A DNA stretch of 64,000 bases from positions 102 through 64,101 of the forward strand of contig JALVVN010000044.1 in NCBI GenBank assembly GCA_027023405.1. The letters run 5' to 3'. How positions within the stretch are numbered: position 1 is the first letter of the stretch; the number at the start of each line of letters is the position of its first letter. Below are positions 9,462 through 18,785 of this stretch, piece by piece. Below the pieces are notes generated by a model. The model was not told the DNA's origin, did no database searches, and saw nothing but the letters and a program-made list of their open reading frames with translations. The DNA comes from Campylobacterales bacterium (GTDB lineage: Bacteria > Campylobacterota > Campylobacteria > Campylobacterales > QNZT01). The position numbers and the translations under genes are program-made.

Positions 9462-10679
9462 CTATAACTGGATGAACTTATCCATCGCCTCCATAGCAAA
9501 ATCCGGTGGCATATGCCCCTTGTTGTAGTAGAGATAACTATCAAATCCCCACTTCATCATCTTCGCAACCGGTGAGTGAAATACTTTGTCCAAATCCCCA
9601 CCATAGAGCTTGTTTGATACGATCATCGTCGCATCGTGTCCACCCATATTCATGATACAAAATACCTCAAGATCAAACGGCGGTATCTCTACATCTTCTC
9701 CGATATCCTTTAAAAATCGATTTGCCGCTATGGCTCCTTGCAAGATAGCGATGTGTCCGAGCTTGGGTTGAGCCAATGCCGTGATATCACCTGCCGCATA
9801 GATATTGGGATAGTCGAGATGACACATCTCTTTATCTGTCGGAATAAAACCTTTTTCATCACCGATATTGGACTCTTTGAGCACTTTCGGAGCACTATAG
9901 GGTGGAATAATGATCGCCAAATCACACGCCATCTTTGTACCGTCTTCAAATGCGATAAAATCTTTTCCGATTTCAGTTAGTACTTTGTTATTGTGCAAGT
10001 CCATCTTTCTCTCTTGCATGATTGTACCGACTGCATTTCTTGGGACATCACCGACATCTTCGAAAAATATCTCACCCGGTGTGAATACATCTATCTTGAA
10101 ATCATGCTCTCGTTTTAAACCTTTTTCATGTATTAGATAGTGATCTAGCATAAACATAATCTCACCGATAGGTCCCTCGCACGGAGCAGATAGATCAGGT
10201 GCATCGACTCTTGTTCCCCAGACACTTTTTGCAGCACCGGTGACGACCTTTCCACCTTCAAAGCTCTTCACTCTCTCCCAAAGCCTTTGTGCCTGCGTAT
10301 CATCACACACTGAGTAGCCATACTCTCTAAAGCCCTTGATCGCATCATAATCTTTTACCGCACCAAGTGTGATAAAGAGATAATCATAAGAAATTTCCTC
10401 ACCGTTTTGGAGTGTGAGTTTATTGTTTTGTGCATCGATATCTATGACGCGATCTTGGATAAAGTTTGCTCCTTTATGTGTGATCGTGTGCTCTAACTCT
10501 ACCAGTGAGTGAGAAATCGGAGCCCCCTCAAACGCCACTTCCGGAAGAGAGGGTTTGAGCAGTGAATGGCTTCTCTCATCTATGACGGTTAACTCAAACT
10601 TTTTATCTATAAGATGTCGAATCTTATAAAAGATATGCAAACCGGCAAAGCCGGCACCAAGAATCACAACTTTTTTCAT
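9462..10679 (-). CDS. FAD-dependent pyridine nucleotide-disulfide oxidoreductase, sulfide:quinone oxidoreductase-like
   Basis: N-terminal KKVVILGAGFAGL dinucleotide fold and a second IYAAGDITAL motif. The cysteines in SAPCEGPIGEIMF and VFCIMNMGG sit where SQR redox cysteines are expected. Confidence 0.7.
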   Translation of the reverse strand: MKKVVILGAGFAGLHIFYKIRHLIDKKFELTVIDERSHSLLKPSLPEVAFEGAPISHSLVELEHTITHKGANFIQDRVIDIDAQNNKLTLQNGEEISYDYLFITLGAVKDYDAIKGFREYGYSVCDDTQAQRLWERVKSFEGGKVVTGAAKSVWGTRVDAPDLSAPCEGPIGEIMFMLDHYLIHEKGLKREHDFKIDVFTPGEIFFEDVGDVPRNAVGTIMQERKMDLHNNKVLTEIGKDFIAFEDGTKMACDLAIIIPPYSAPKVLKESNIGDEKGFIPTDKEMCHLDYPNIYAAGDITALAQPKLGHIAILQGAIAANRFLKDIGEDVEIPPFDLEVFCIMNMGGHDATMIVSNKLYGGDLDKVFHSPVAKMMKWGFDSYLYYNKGHMPPDFAMEAMDKFIQL

Positions 10680-10708
10680 CTTTGCCTCCTTGTGGCAGAA
10701 ACTTGGAT

Positions 10709-11074
10709 TTAACTCAAAAATGTATCAAAGATACTTTTCGCATCTCCCATGATAGAACTTGAGTTGGAATGTTTAACGATTCGTACCAAAAATGCCAACT
10801 CCTCTTTGGTCACGCCCATTTTCTTTAGCATCTTCGTTTGCTCTCGCATACACTCTTCGCTTCCCTTTGCAAGAGCGACCGCAAGCGCTAAGAGCATAGA
10901 AGTTTTAGGATCAAAAGGATTATTCTCATCTTGTACGCTAAATTTGCTACTCATCGCTTGCTCAACGAGAAATCTCGGATCCATCGCCTTTGCGCTATTG
11001 AGACTTTCGGGTAACTCCCCCATCTTCTCTACCATCATCGCTTCTACTTGTTCAGGTGTCGGTACATGTGCCAT
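10709..11074 (-). CDS. carboxymuconolactone decarboxylase (AhpD-like) family protein
   Basis: 121 aa helical protein. LLALAVALAKGSEECMREQTKMLKKMGVTKEEL resembles the CMD/AhpD core, but only one Cys is present. Confidence 0.55.
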   Translation of the reverse strand: MAHVPTPEQVEAMMVEKMGELPESLNSAKAMDPRFLVEQAMSSKFSVQDENNPFDPKTSMLLALAVALAKGSEECMREQTKMLKKMGVTKEELAFLVRIVKHSNSSSIMGDAKSIFDTFLS

Positions 11075-11104
11075 CTAAATTCTCCTTGTTTTTATGAATG
11101 TTTT

Positions 11105-11144
11105 GATGGAAAATTCCATCTTCAAAGCACTCCGAAGAGTGCTT
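11105..11144 (-). other. two adjacent intercistronic RNA hairpins, one with a C(UUCG)G tetraloop
   Basis: Minus-strand transcript: AAGCACUC-UUCG-GAGUGCUU (11144..11125), then GAUGGAA-UU-UUCCAUC (11120..11105). Both lie in the 92-nt gap between the RND gene and the CMD gene. Confidence 0.45.
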
Positions 11145-11166
11145 CAAAGATCAAACTATCATCACG

Positions 11167-14100
11167 CTACTCTAGTGACTCCTCTATCTTTTTGATCGGA
11201 TTGGTTTTTTTATTTCGCGGATCGGTAATATAGGCATAAAGCGGAACATAGATCAGCGTCAAGAGCGTTCCGACGATCAGACCGCCCACCGCTACATCCG
11301 CAAGTGGAGATAACCTCTCAAGTCCAACGGCTTGTTCAAGTGCGATAGGGATCATTCCTGCTATCGTACCAAATGCCGTCATCATCACTGGTCTAAATCT
11401 CACCCGCACACTCTCTATCGCTGCATCAAAGGGTGTTTTACCCTCTTTCTCATACTCTTTATAAAAGTCGATCAGCAAGACAGCATTTTTGATGATGATA
11501 CCAAAGAGTAGAAGCAGACCGACCATACTCGGCATACAGCTTGGCTTGTCAAAGAGTAACATTCCCCATGATCCACCGATCATCGAGAGTGGTAGTACCA
11601 CAATCATAATGAGTGCAAGTCTTACTGACTTATAGATGACTATCAGTGTCATAATGAGTATCAACACACCAAGTCCTATCGCTTTTGTCATTCTCTTAAA
11701 ACTATCATTGAGTTGGACTATATCCCCCTCTTGAGAGATAACGACACCATCTTTGATGAACGATTTTAATATCTCATCGGCATCTTCGGTGATGTGTGTA
11801 ACCGGTCGTTTTGCTCGATATCCATTTACATCGATACTATAGAGCATCTTATCCCTCTCGATCTTTGAGTAGGTCAGATGCTTTTGAAACTTCGCAAATG
11901 TCTCAAGCGGTACATCTCCCAGTTTGGTTTTGATCGGCAAGAGCCTAAGAGTCTGTATATTTTTCGCAAACTTCCCTTTGAGGTAGAAGCGAACCGGTTG
12001 CATATTCATACTCTCCAGATTGGATGCCACGGCTACGATTTGACCTCTTAGCGGTAACTGCATCACGATTTGAAAGGGTGTGATACCGTATCTGAGCGCC
12101 TTATTTTTATCCACTTTCAACTCATACTCGCTAAAGTCTTTATCCCAACTGGTTGAGATGGAGGTGAGTCCTTTGATATGCTGAATATCTTTTGCAAGCT
12201 CTCGTGCCTTTTGTGGTAGATGCGAAAGATCGGCAGATTTTATCCGCATATCAAGCGGTGCTTTGATCGTTGAGAGAGCTGTTGCACCAAAGTCAAAGAC
12301 ATCAAGTTTTTTCACACCGCCAAGTTTAGCCAGTTCATCTCTGATCTGATTCTCCAGTTGCCAGATACTCGCTTTTCTCTCAAAGCGATTGACGGCATTG
12401 ATTGTAATCGTCGCTTCACTCGGAAGATTTCCGCTACCAAGAGAAAGTACTCCCATCTCACCGCCAAATGCGACTGAACTCATCTTGACCCATTTTTGCT
12501 CGTGTAGCCATTTAAGGAAGGGTTTGAGTTTTTGCTCTGCGCTATCGACACTCTCATTAGAGCTAAATGAAATTTGCGCTTTGATGATACCCGTATCCAT
12601 CGGCGGCATCACATCCTTTCCGATAAGCGGCATAATGTTTTTAACGCTGAGTATCAAGGTCGCAACGACTAGCATCGTCAAAAACATTCTTCTAAGCACC
12701 CAAAGCTTACCGTTAGAAAACTTCAATACGCCAAGATATGGACCGACCAATCTCCCCACCGTATTTTGATAAAGCGATTCAAAGAGCTTCTCTATCTTTG
12801 TTTTCCCTGTCCCGTTTCGATAAAGCCAAACGGAGAGCTTTGGGATAAAGGTGATCGACAAGAAGTAACTTACTAGTAGTGCGATGATGAGTGTGGCGAT
12901 CAGTGGTTTAAAAATATGCTCCGGAAAATCCCCTACATACATAAGTGGGAACATGATAGCGATCGTTGCCACTGTTCCTGCAAATACAGGCGAAATAACC
13001 TCTTTGGTTCCATGTACGACGGCACTTTGGAGATCCTCATGCTCCTCTAAATGTCTTTCTATATTTTCCAACACTACCACCGCATCATCGGTTAGCATAC
13101 CAAGAGCAAGGATAATAGCGGTATAGACAACGATATTGAGCTCTCCCCCTGTCAGCCAGATGATTGCCATCGTAGCAAAAAAGACCATGGGGATAGAGAC
13201 TGCGGCGGCAACAATAGCGCGAAAATTTCCAAGGAAAAAGAGTAGTACGATCAGCGTATAGATGATGGCATCTCTTAAGGCTTCGAGCATATTGGTATTT
13301 GCTGTTTGGATCAGATCTCTTTGGGTGTCGCTGATCTCAAAGTTGATATTTGGATATTTTTGTTGGAGCTTTTTCATCTCCTCTCGTGCGGCGTTTGATA
13401 CGCTTAGTACCGATCCTCCCGGTGCCCTCTGAATAGCGAGTGCGATTGCTTCTTTGCCGTTTCCAAGATATCCGCTTGTGCGTTTTTTATAGCTCCACTT
13501 CACATCGGCGATATCGCTTAGTGTGACATTTGGCAAAATAGTCAGTGATTTTAGTTTTTGGATATTATCACTCTCCCCGTAGTAGGAAAGCGTATAAAAA
13601 TTTCCATCTCCCTTTACAAAACCGATAGGAATATCACGATCTAACGATCCGATAGCTTGCATGATCTTATCAAAATCAACACCATACTTTTTCGCCTTGA
13701 AAGGATCGACTTCGATGTTGATAGCACCTTGATAACCGCCGAAAACTTCGACATTTCCTATCTTTGGATTGCTAAGCAGATAGGGTTTGATAAAGCTTTG
13801 GGCAATCTTTCTGATATCCGCTACATTGATGTTCCCGTTTTTGGGACTCAAAGAGAGGATATCAACCGGCAAGGTAAAGTCACCGACGGTGTAGATCGCC
13901 GGATTTGCATTTTGTGGTAGTTTGGATTTGACGATGCTTAGCGCATTTGCCACATCAACCGCAGCGGCATTAAGCCCTTTTTTGTACTCAAACTCTGCTT
14001 TTACGATAGAGAAGTTAGCGACATTCACACTGCTGACATCACGAACCATTCCCAGTCTGGATATCTCCTCCTCTATCGGTTTTGATACGGAGTTTGCCGC

Positions 14101-14268
14101 TACTTTAGCGGTAGCACCCGGAATCTTAGTCACGACAACGACTTGTGGCCTATTGGCATCAGGGAAGAGGTTTTTGGGCAGTGTCACAAGCCCGATAACC
14201 CCCATCACAAAAAAGCCGGCGATAAGCGAATAGAGTAGATAGGGTCGTTTGTAAAAAAAGTCAAACAT
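11167..14268 (-). CDS. RND family efflux transporter, inner-membrane permease (AcrB/CzcA superfamily)
   Basis: 1033 aa with the two-fold repeated 1+5 TM and large-loop architecture typical of RND pumps. Confidence 0.92.
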   Translation of the reverse strand: MFDFFYKRPYLLYSLIAGFFVMGVIGLVTLPKNLFPDANRPQVVVVTKIPGATAKVAANSVSKPIEEEISRLGMVRDVSSVNVANFSIVKAEFEYKKGLNAAAVDVANALSIVKSKLPQNANPAIYTVGDFTLPVDILSLSPKNGNINVADIRKIAQSFIKPYLLSNPKIGNVEVFGGYQGAINIEVDPFKAKKYGVDFDKIMQAIGSLDRDIPIGFVKGDGNFYTLSYYGESDNIQKLKSLTILPNVTLSDIADVKWSYKKRTSGYLGNGKEAIALAIQRAPGGSVLSVSNAAREEMKKLQQKYPNINFEISDTQRDLIQTANTNMLEALRDAIIYTLIVLLFFLGNFRAIVAAAVSIPMVFFATMAIIWLTGGELNIVVYTAIILALGMLTDDAVVVLENIERHLEEHEDLQSAVVHGTKEVISPVFAGTVATIAIMFPLMYVGDFPEHIFKPLIATLIIALLVSYFLSITFIPKLSVWLYRNGTGKTKIEKLFESLYQNTVGRLVGPYLGVLKFSNGKLWVLRRMFLTMLVVATLILSVKNIMPLIGKDVMPPMDTGIIKAQISFSSNESVDSAEQKLKPFLKWLHEQKWVKMSSVAFGGEMGVLSLGSGNLPSEATITINAVNRFERKASIWQLENQIRDELAKLGGVKKLDVFDFGATALSTIKAPLDMRIKSADLSHLPQKARELAKDIQHIKGLTSISTSWDKDFSEYELKVDKNKALRYGITPFQIVMQLPLRGQIVAVASNLESMNMQPVRFYLKGKFAKNIQTLRLLPIKTKLGDVPLETFAKFQKHLTYSKIERDKMLYSIDVNGYRAKRPVTHITEDADEILKSFIKDGVVISQEGDIVQLNDSFKRMTKAIGLGVLILIMTLIVIYKSVRLALIMIVVLPLSMIGGSWGMLLFDKPSCMPSMVGLLLLFGIIIKNAVLLIDFYKEYEKEGKTPFDAAIESVRVRFRPVMMTAFGTIAGMIPIALEQAVGLERLSPLADVAVGGLIVGTLLTLIYVPLYAYITDPRNKKTNPIKKIEESLE

Positions 14269-14269
14269 C

Positions 14270-15286
14270 TTACTTCTCCGCTCTCAAACTTGCTCCGCCC
14301 AAGAGTTTGAGCATGATATCGGGTTTTGCGACTACGAGATTTTGACCGCTGATATCCTCTTTGAGAACGATTCCCTCTTCACCGCTTTGGAGGATATGCA
14401 CCTCTTTGGGTTCTGCTTTATGATCTTTAGCAATGAGCACGAAGTTTTTATCTCCTCTGTTTAAGATCGCATCAAACGGAAGCAGAGTCGCGGTTTTGTC
14501 CATCAAAACGACGGTGACATCTACCAACTCTCCGCTACTCAAACCTTTGCTATCGACATAGGCTTTATACTCATGCAGACCGTGAAAAGTAGTGTGCAGA
14601 TCATGGAGTGGATAATTTTTACCCTGATAGATGATACTATCGGCATGTTCTCCTTGAGGCAGCCTGACTAGTAGTGCATAACCGCTATTTGAGCTAATCT
14701 CAAGCAACGGTTTACCCGGCATCGCTACAGAACCTTCACTCACCAATGTTTTGGAAACAACACCATCTACCGGTGAGACGATTTGCGCATAGCTGAGTTG
14801 ATTCTTGAGTGATGCAAGTTGCGATTTTAGAGATGCGATTTTACTCTCTTCATTTTGCAATTGCTCCACAGAAGCCGCTTTAACGCGATAGAGCGCCTCG
14901 GTTCTTTTATGTGTTTGATAGAGATTATTTAGAGAGATATTGAGTGCATCAATCTTCGCTTGAATATCGGTTGTATCAAGCTTGACAACGATTTCACCCT
15001 TTTTTACTTTCGCACCGCTTCTTTTGAGGGAAACGACTCTTGCAGCAACTCTCGATGCCACTTTCACACTCTGCTCATTTTCAACTTGAGAGAGGTACGG
15101 TAGCGTGAGTTTCACCTTTTTGGGCGTAAATTTTTCTGTTTTGGCTACAACTTCATAGACTTTGGCTTGCGGTGTTTGAGCCTCCTTCGCCTTTTTTGCT
15201 TTGATCGCTTTGATCCCCAATATCGCAATACCCGCGATCACTGCGAGAACAATAATCAACTTCAAAAACTTTTTGATAAATTTCAT
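14270..15286 (-). CDS. RND efflux periplasmic adaptor (membrane fusion protein)
   Basis: 338 aa: N-terminal anchor, coiled-coil hairpin, beta-barrel domain. Lies immediately upstream of the RND gene. Confidence 0.85.
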   Translation of the reverse strand: MKFIKKFLKLIIVLAVIAGIAILGIKAIKAKKAKEAQTPQAKVYEVVAKTEKFTPKKVKLTLPYLSQVENEQSVKVASRVAARVVSLKRSGAKVKKGEIVVKLDTTDIQAKIDALNISLNNLYQTHKRTEALYRVKAASVEQLQNEESKIASLKSQLASLKNQLSYAQIVSPVDGVVSKTLVSEGSVAMPGKPLLEISSNSGYALLVRLPQGEHADSIIYQGKNYPLHDLHTTFHGLHEYKAYVDSKGLSSGELVDVTVVLMDKTATLLPFDAILNRGDKNFVLIAKDHKAEPKEVHILQSGEEGIVLKEDISGQNLVVAKPDIMLKLLGGASLRAEK

Positions 15287-16548
15287 CTTACAATCTCCTT
15301 TAAATCATCTCCATAAATTACTGCCAGCTTTGCAGTCTCTTGCCATATCTTTGCTTTTTTTTGTGAGAGGTTTGCTCTCGCCTCTGCCAACGCATCTTCA
15401 TAGCGTAAATACTCCTCTTGTGTAATTACTCTATTTTCAAGAGAAACTTTTGCAATATGCAACAATCTTTTTTGATTGGCGATATTTTTTTTCGAGAGTT
15501 TGAGCGATTTTTTGAGGATGGCTATCTCCCGTTTGAGCTCCTTGGCTTGAATCAGTAGATCTCTTTTGCTATCCTCAATCTTCAGTCTATTTTTCATATA
15601 GCCGAGCTTTGCCCGATCAAAATTTGTCTGCTTGGAGGAGTCAAAAAGCGGTATGTTGAGATAGATTCCACCTTTGGCAAGACCACTATCAATATCTTTG
15701 TCATTATTATAAGCATCCGCATCCGAATAGGTGTAGGAGCCTTTGAGTGCAAGAGAGGGATAGTAACTCTCTTTTGCCGCTTTGAGATCAAGTTTTGATG
15801 CTTCTAATTTTTTATTGAGCGGTTTGAGTGCAAAGATTTCCCCCTCATTCACTTGATGAACTTGCCTTAGAGAAACTTTTGAGCGCACTTGTATATTTGT
15901 AAGATTTTCCAATTTTGCTTGTAGCGCATTGATCGAAGTCTCTAAAGAGAGCACTTGAATATCAAGATCATTGACTTTGGCATTGAGTATATAGAGCTGA
16001 TTCTCTGCCACTCTTCCGCTTTTGACCATCAATGTTAATCTCTTCTTCGTCTCTAGTATCGATCTCTTTTTGGCTCTTAGTGCACGCTTGAGATCGTAAA
16101 GATAGTTGAGTTGCGCAACCATTCCTATTACACTCGCTTCTCTTTGTAGCAAAGAGATCTTTTTCATATCCTTTGCGGCAAGATGCATCAAAGATGCCTT
16201 CTTTTTCAGTGTATAGAGACTTTTGACAAATAGTGGCCAAGAGAGATTGGCACCCGCTCTTGCGATCCCTTTGCTAAAAGGTAGTGTTGCATTCGGATTT
16301 TTCATCTCGCTGGGCAGTACCGGTCTAAGTGATGAGGGATGGCTATACCTCTCATATCCTAAAAAGCCGTCGAGCTTTGGCATCAGTTTATCATCAACCG
16401 CCCGTTTTTGCAGATCGGCTTCCTTTACGGCAACATCATCCAAAAGTGTTTGGGGCTGTTTATCTATGGCACTCAGTAGCGTCGTGATATCCGTGGCATT
16501 GAGCTGGGATATCATCGCTATCAGCAGTAACGGTTTTTGTATCTTCAT
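15283..16548 (-). CDS. TolC-family outer membrane efflux protein
   Basis: 421 aa with a signal peptide and two repeated long helical segments. 4-nt overlap with the adaptor gene. Confidence 0.85.
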   Translation of the reverse strand: MKIQKPLLLIAMISQLNATDITTLLSAIDKQPQTLLDDVAVKEADLQKRAVDDKLMPKLDGFLGYERYSHPSSLRPVLPSEMKNPNATLPFSKGIARAGANLSWPLFVKSLYTLKKKASLMHLAAKDMKKISLLQREASVIGMVAQLNYLYDLKRALRAKKRSILETKKRLTLMVKSGRVAENQLYILNAKVNDLDIQVLSLETSINALQAKLENLTNIQVRSKVSLRQVHQVNEGEIFALKPLNKKLEASKLDLKAAKESYYPSLALKGSYTYSDADAYNNDKDIDSGLAKGGIYLNIPLFDSSKQTNFDRAKLGYMKNRLKIEDSKRDLLIQAKELKREIAILKKSLKLSKKNIANQKRLLHIAKVSLENRVITQEEYLRYEDALAEARANLSQKKAKIWQETAKLAVIYGDDLKEIVR

Positions 16549-17187
16549 TTACGCTCCTTTTAGTATTGCTAAAATATTGGAAGTGACATAATGGGAAATA
16601 TCCTCGATCTCGCACTCACTGCAAGTCTCTAACGCTATATCATCAAGATTTGCCGCCTTTTGACGAAGCGGTTTGGTTGTCACGATGAGATTGAGAGAGC
16701 CAATCACCATAAAGTAGAGCACCATCGGCATACTTTTTTGAAATACACCCTCATCTTCACCCCGTTTTAGTATGTCACTAAATAGTGCAAACAACTTTCT
16801 CATCGAGGTAAAGAGTTGCTCGGGCAACACCGCGCCGCTGTCACTCAACTCCTTGAGCAACAGTGCCGGTAGATAGGGGTGAGAGCAGGCAAATGAGCCG
16901 TAAGTTTTGATGAATGTTTCAAGCTGTACCTCCGCACTTTTAGAGGAGCTGATCTTTTGCGTGATAGCTTTGTATATCTCTTGCAAAATCTCCTCCATCA
17001 CCGCTTCATAGAGCCCCTTTTTATTTTTGAAGTAGTAGAAGATCATCGCTTTGTTTAAACCGCATGCTTTAGATAGCTCATCCATAGAGGTTCCGGCATA
17101 ACCTCTGGTTGAAAAGAGTGTGATCGCATGCTGTACGATACTCTTTTTTGAGGCTGTCGCATCTCGCTTATGTATCTTTTTTGTCAT
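16549..17187 (-). CDS. TetR/AcrR family transcriptional regulator
   Basis: N-terminal HTH region IVQHAITLFSTRGYAGTSMDELSKACGLNKAMIFYYFKNKKGLY. Abuts the TolC gene with no gap. Confidence 0.9.
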   Translation of the reverse strand: MTKKIHKRDATASKKSIVQHAITLFSTRGYAGTSMDELSKACGLNKAMIFYYFKNKKGLYEAVMEEILQEIYKAITQKISSSKSAEVQLETFIKTYGSFACSHPYLPALLLKELSDSGAVLPEQLFTSMRKLFALFSDILKRGEDEGVFQKSMPMVLYFMVIGSLNLIVTTKPLRQKAANLDDIALETCSECEIEDISHYVTSNILAILKGA

Positions 17188-17199
17188 GACAAACCTTTT

Positions 17200-17219
17200 A
17201 ATTAACTGGTTAGTTAATT
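17200..17219. promoter_or_regulatory. candidate TetR operator, perfect inverted repeat AATTAACT-N4-AGTTAATT
   Basis: Palindrome read directly from the sequence, 13 nt upstream of the TetR start codon. On the minus strand it overlaps a TACAAT -10-like hexamer. Confidence 0.4.
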
Positions 17220-17262
17220 GTATAACTCTTTGGGTTAATGCAAACTTAAATTTGGAAAAAAT

Positions 17263-17550
17263 TTATCCAAAAAGAGTTTTTGCTCCGATGAGCATCATAA
17301 AAACAACCATTTGCAAACTTGAAAAGAGTCTGATATAGATCTTTTGATTGTGTAAGATTGCAAAGAGTAGCCCTGCCAATGATGTGACGGCAAAGAGTAT
17401 AGCAATTATTAAAAGAAGTCGAATATTTTCAGCGGGGAAAATGAGTATATCAGAGTTTATAAAAAAAGTGAAAAAGGCTACCCATCCACCCCACAGTACT
17501 AAAAAGAGGTCGATAAGAAAGAGGGTGAGAAGGCGTGTTTTGAACTTCAA
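17263..17550 (-). CDS. small hypothetical membrane protein
   Basis: 95 aa with three hydrophobic helices. Starts immediately after the xseA stop. Confidence 0.4.
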   Translation of the reverse strand: MKFKTRLLTLFLIDLFLVLWGGWVAFFTFFINSDILIFPAENIRLLLIIAILFAVTSLAGLLFAILHNQKIYIRLFSSLQMVVFMMLIGAKTLFG

Positions 17551-18738
17551 TTATATCTCCTCCCGCCCCTCTACTTTGGCTTCAAGTTTCACTTTTGAGT
17601 TGAGGAGGGTGATCTTCTCTCCGATACTGATCTGCTCTAGGGCAATCTTTTTTCCATCTTTGAGAACATGTGCGATGCCGATCTTGTCCCGTTTGGCGGG
17701 ATCGTTTTGGGTGTAGAGCTCTTGGAGGTTTTGGAGGGTTCTTGCTTTTTGGTTGAGAAAGAGAGTGAGGGCGCTTTGGTAGCGATCTTTGAGGCTTTTT
17801 AGCTCCTCATGGTAGTGGGCGAGGCGCCGATCGAAGGAGTGTTGCTCAAAGGAGTTGCGAAGATGCGTGAGTTGCTGGCTCTTGTGGGTCAAGAGTCGCA
17901 AAAAGCTCTCTTGGTAGTGTTGAAGTATGCCGTCAAGTGTGATGTGCATTTCGTTGATGTCGGGGAGGATCAGCTCCATTGCCGCGGAGGGGGTAGGGGC
18001 GCGTAGATCGGCGCAGTAGTCGCTGATGAGGGTGTCGATCTCATGTCCGACGGCGGAGACGATAGGGGTTTGGGCATGGTAGATGGCGTCGGCGACGATC
18101 TCTTCATTAAATGCCCACAGATCCTCCAAGCTCCCGCCCCCGCGTCCGACGACGATAATATCCGCGCCGATCTTGTCCGCCTTTTGGATATTGTGCGCAA
18201 TGGATGCTGTGGCGCTTTCACCCTGTACGATCGTATCAAAGAGGGTAATCGTGACAAGGGGCCATCGCTTTTGTGCAACGCGTTTCATATCTTCGATCGC
18301 GGCACCGGTTTTGGAGGTGACGATAGCGATGTGCGAGGGAAATTTGGGGAGTGCTTTTTTGTGTGAAACCTCAAAATAACCCTTTTGTCGCAACCGCTCT
18401 TTGAGCTGCTCAAATGCCAATGCCAACGCACCGCTACCGCTAGGTTCAAGGGTAAGACAGTTGAGCTGATAACTCCCTCTGGGAGTATAGACGCTGATCC
18501 CGCCCGTGGCGATGATCTCCATCCCCTCTTCGAGACGAAATTTGAGTCGTTGGTTGTTGCCTTTGAACATGACGCAGGAGATGGAGGAGTTGGCATCTTT
18601 GAGGCTAAAGTAGAGGTGCCCCGAAGCGTGGTAGGTGACGCGCGAGACTTCGCCGATGACGCTAAGGTGCAGGTAGTGGGTCTCTAGGAGCGACTTGATC
18701 TGGTTGTTGAGTGTGGTGACTGTGAGTGGTGTTTGCAT
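17551..18738 (-). CDS. xseA: exodeoxyribonuclease VII large subunit
   Basis: N-terminal OB-fold signature LTVTTLNNQIKSLLE...VIGEVSRVTYHASGHLYFSLKD, a central catalytic region and a C-terminal coiled coil. Confidence 0.92.
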   Translation of the reverse strand: MQTPLTVTTLNNQIKSLLETHYLHLSVIGEVSRVTYHASGHLYFSLKDANSSISCVMFKGNNQRLKFRLEEGMEIIATGGISVYTPRGSYQLNCLTLEPSGSGALALAFEQLKERLRQKGYFEVSHKKALPKFPSHIAIVTSKTGAAIEDMKRVAQKRWPLVTITLFDTIVQGESATASIAHNIQKADKIGADIIVVGRGGGSLEDLWAFNEEIVADAIYHAQTPIVSAVGHEIDTLISDYCADLRAPTPSAAMELILPDINEMHITLDGILQHYQESFLRLLTHKSQQLTHLRNSFEQHSFDRRLAHYHEELKSLKDRYQSALTLFLNQKARTLQNLQELYTQNDPAKRDKIGIAHVLKDGKKIALEQISIGEKITLLNSKVKLEAKVEGREEI

Positions 18739-18785
18739 AGGTGATTATAGTCAAAGTTGCTTTAGGGAGACTCTAAAAGAAAATA

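Noticed and set aside
17970-18687. Cluster of 98-107 aa ORFs on both strands inside xseA
   Set aside because: They are Arg/Pro/Ser/Gly-rich, as expected for out-of-frame or antisense reading of a GC-rich gene. The xseA frame has clear family signatures across the whole interval.
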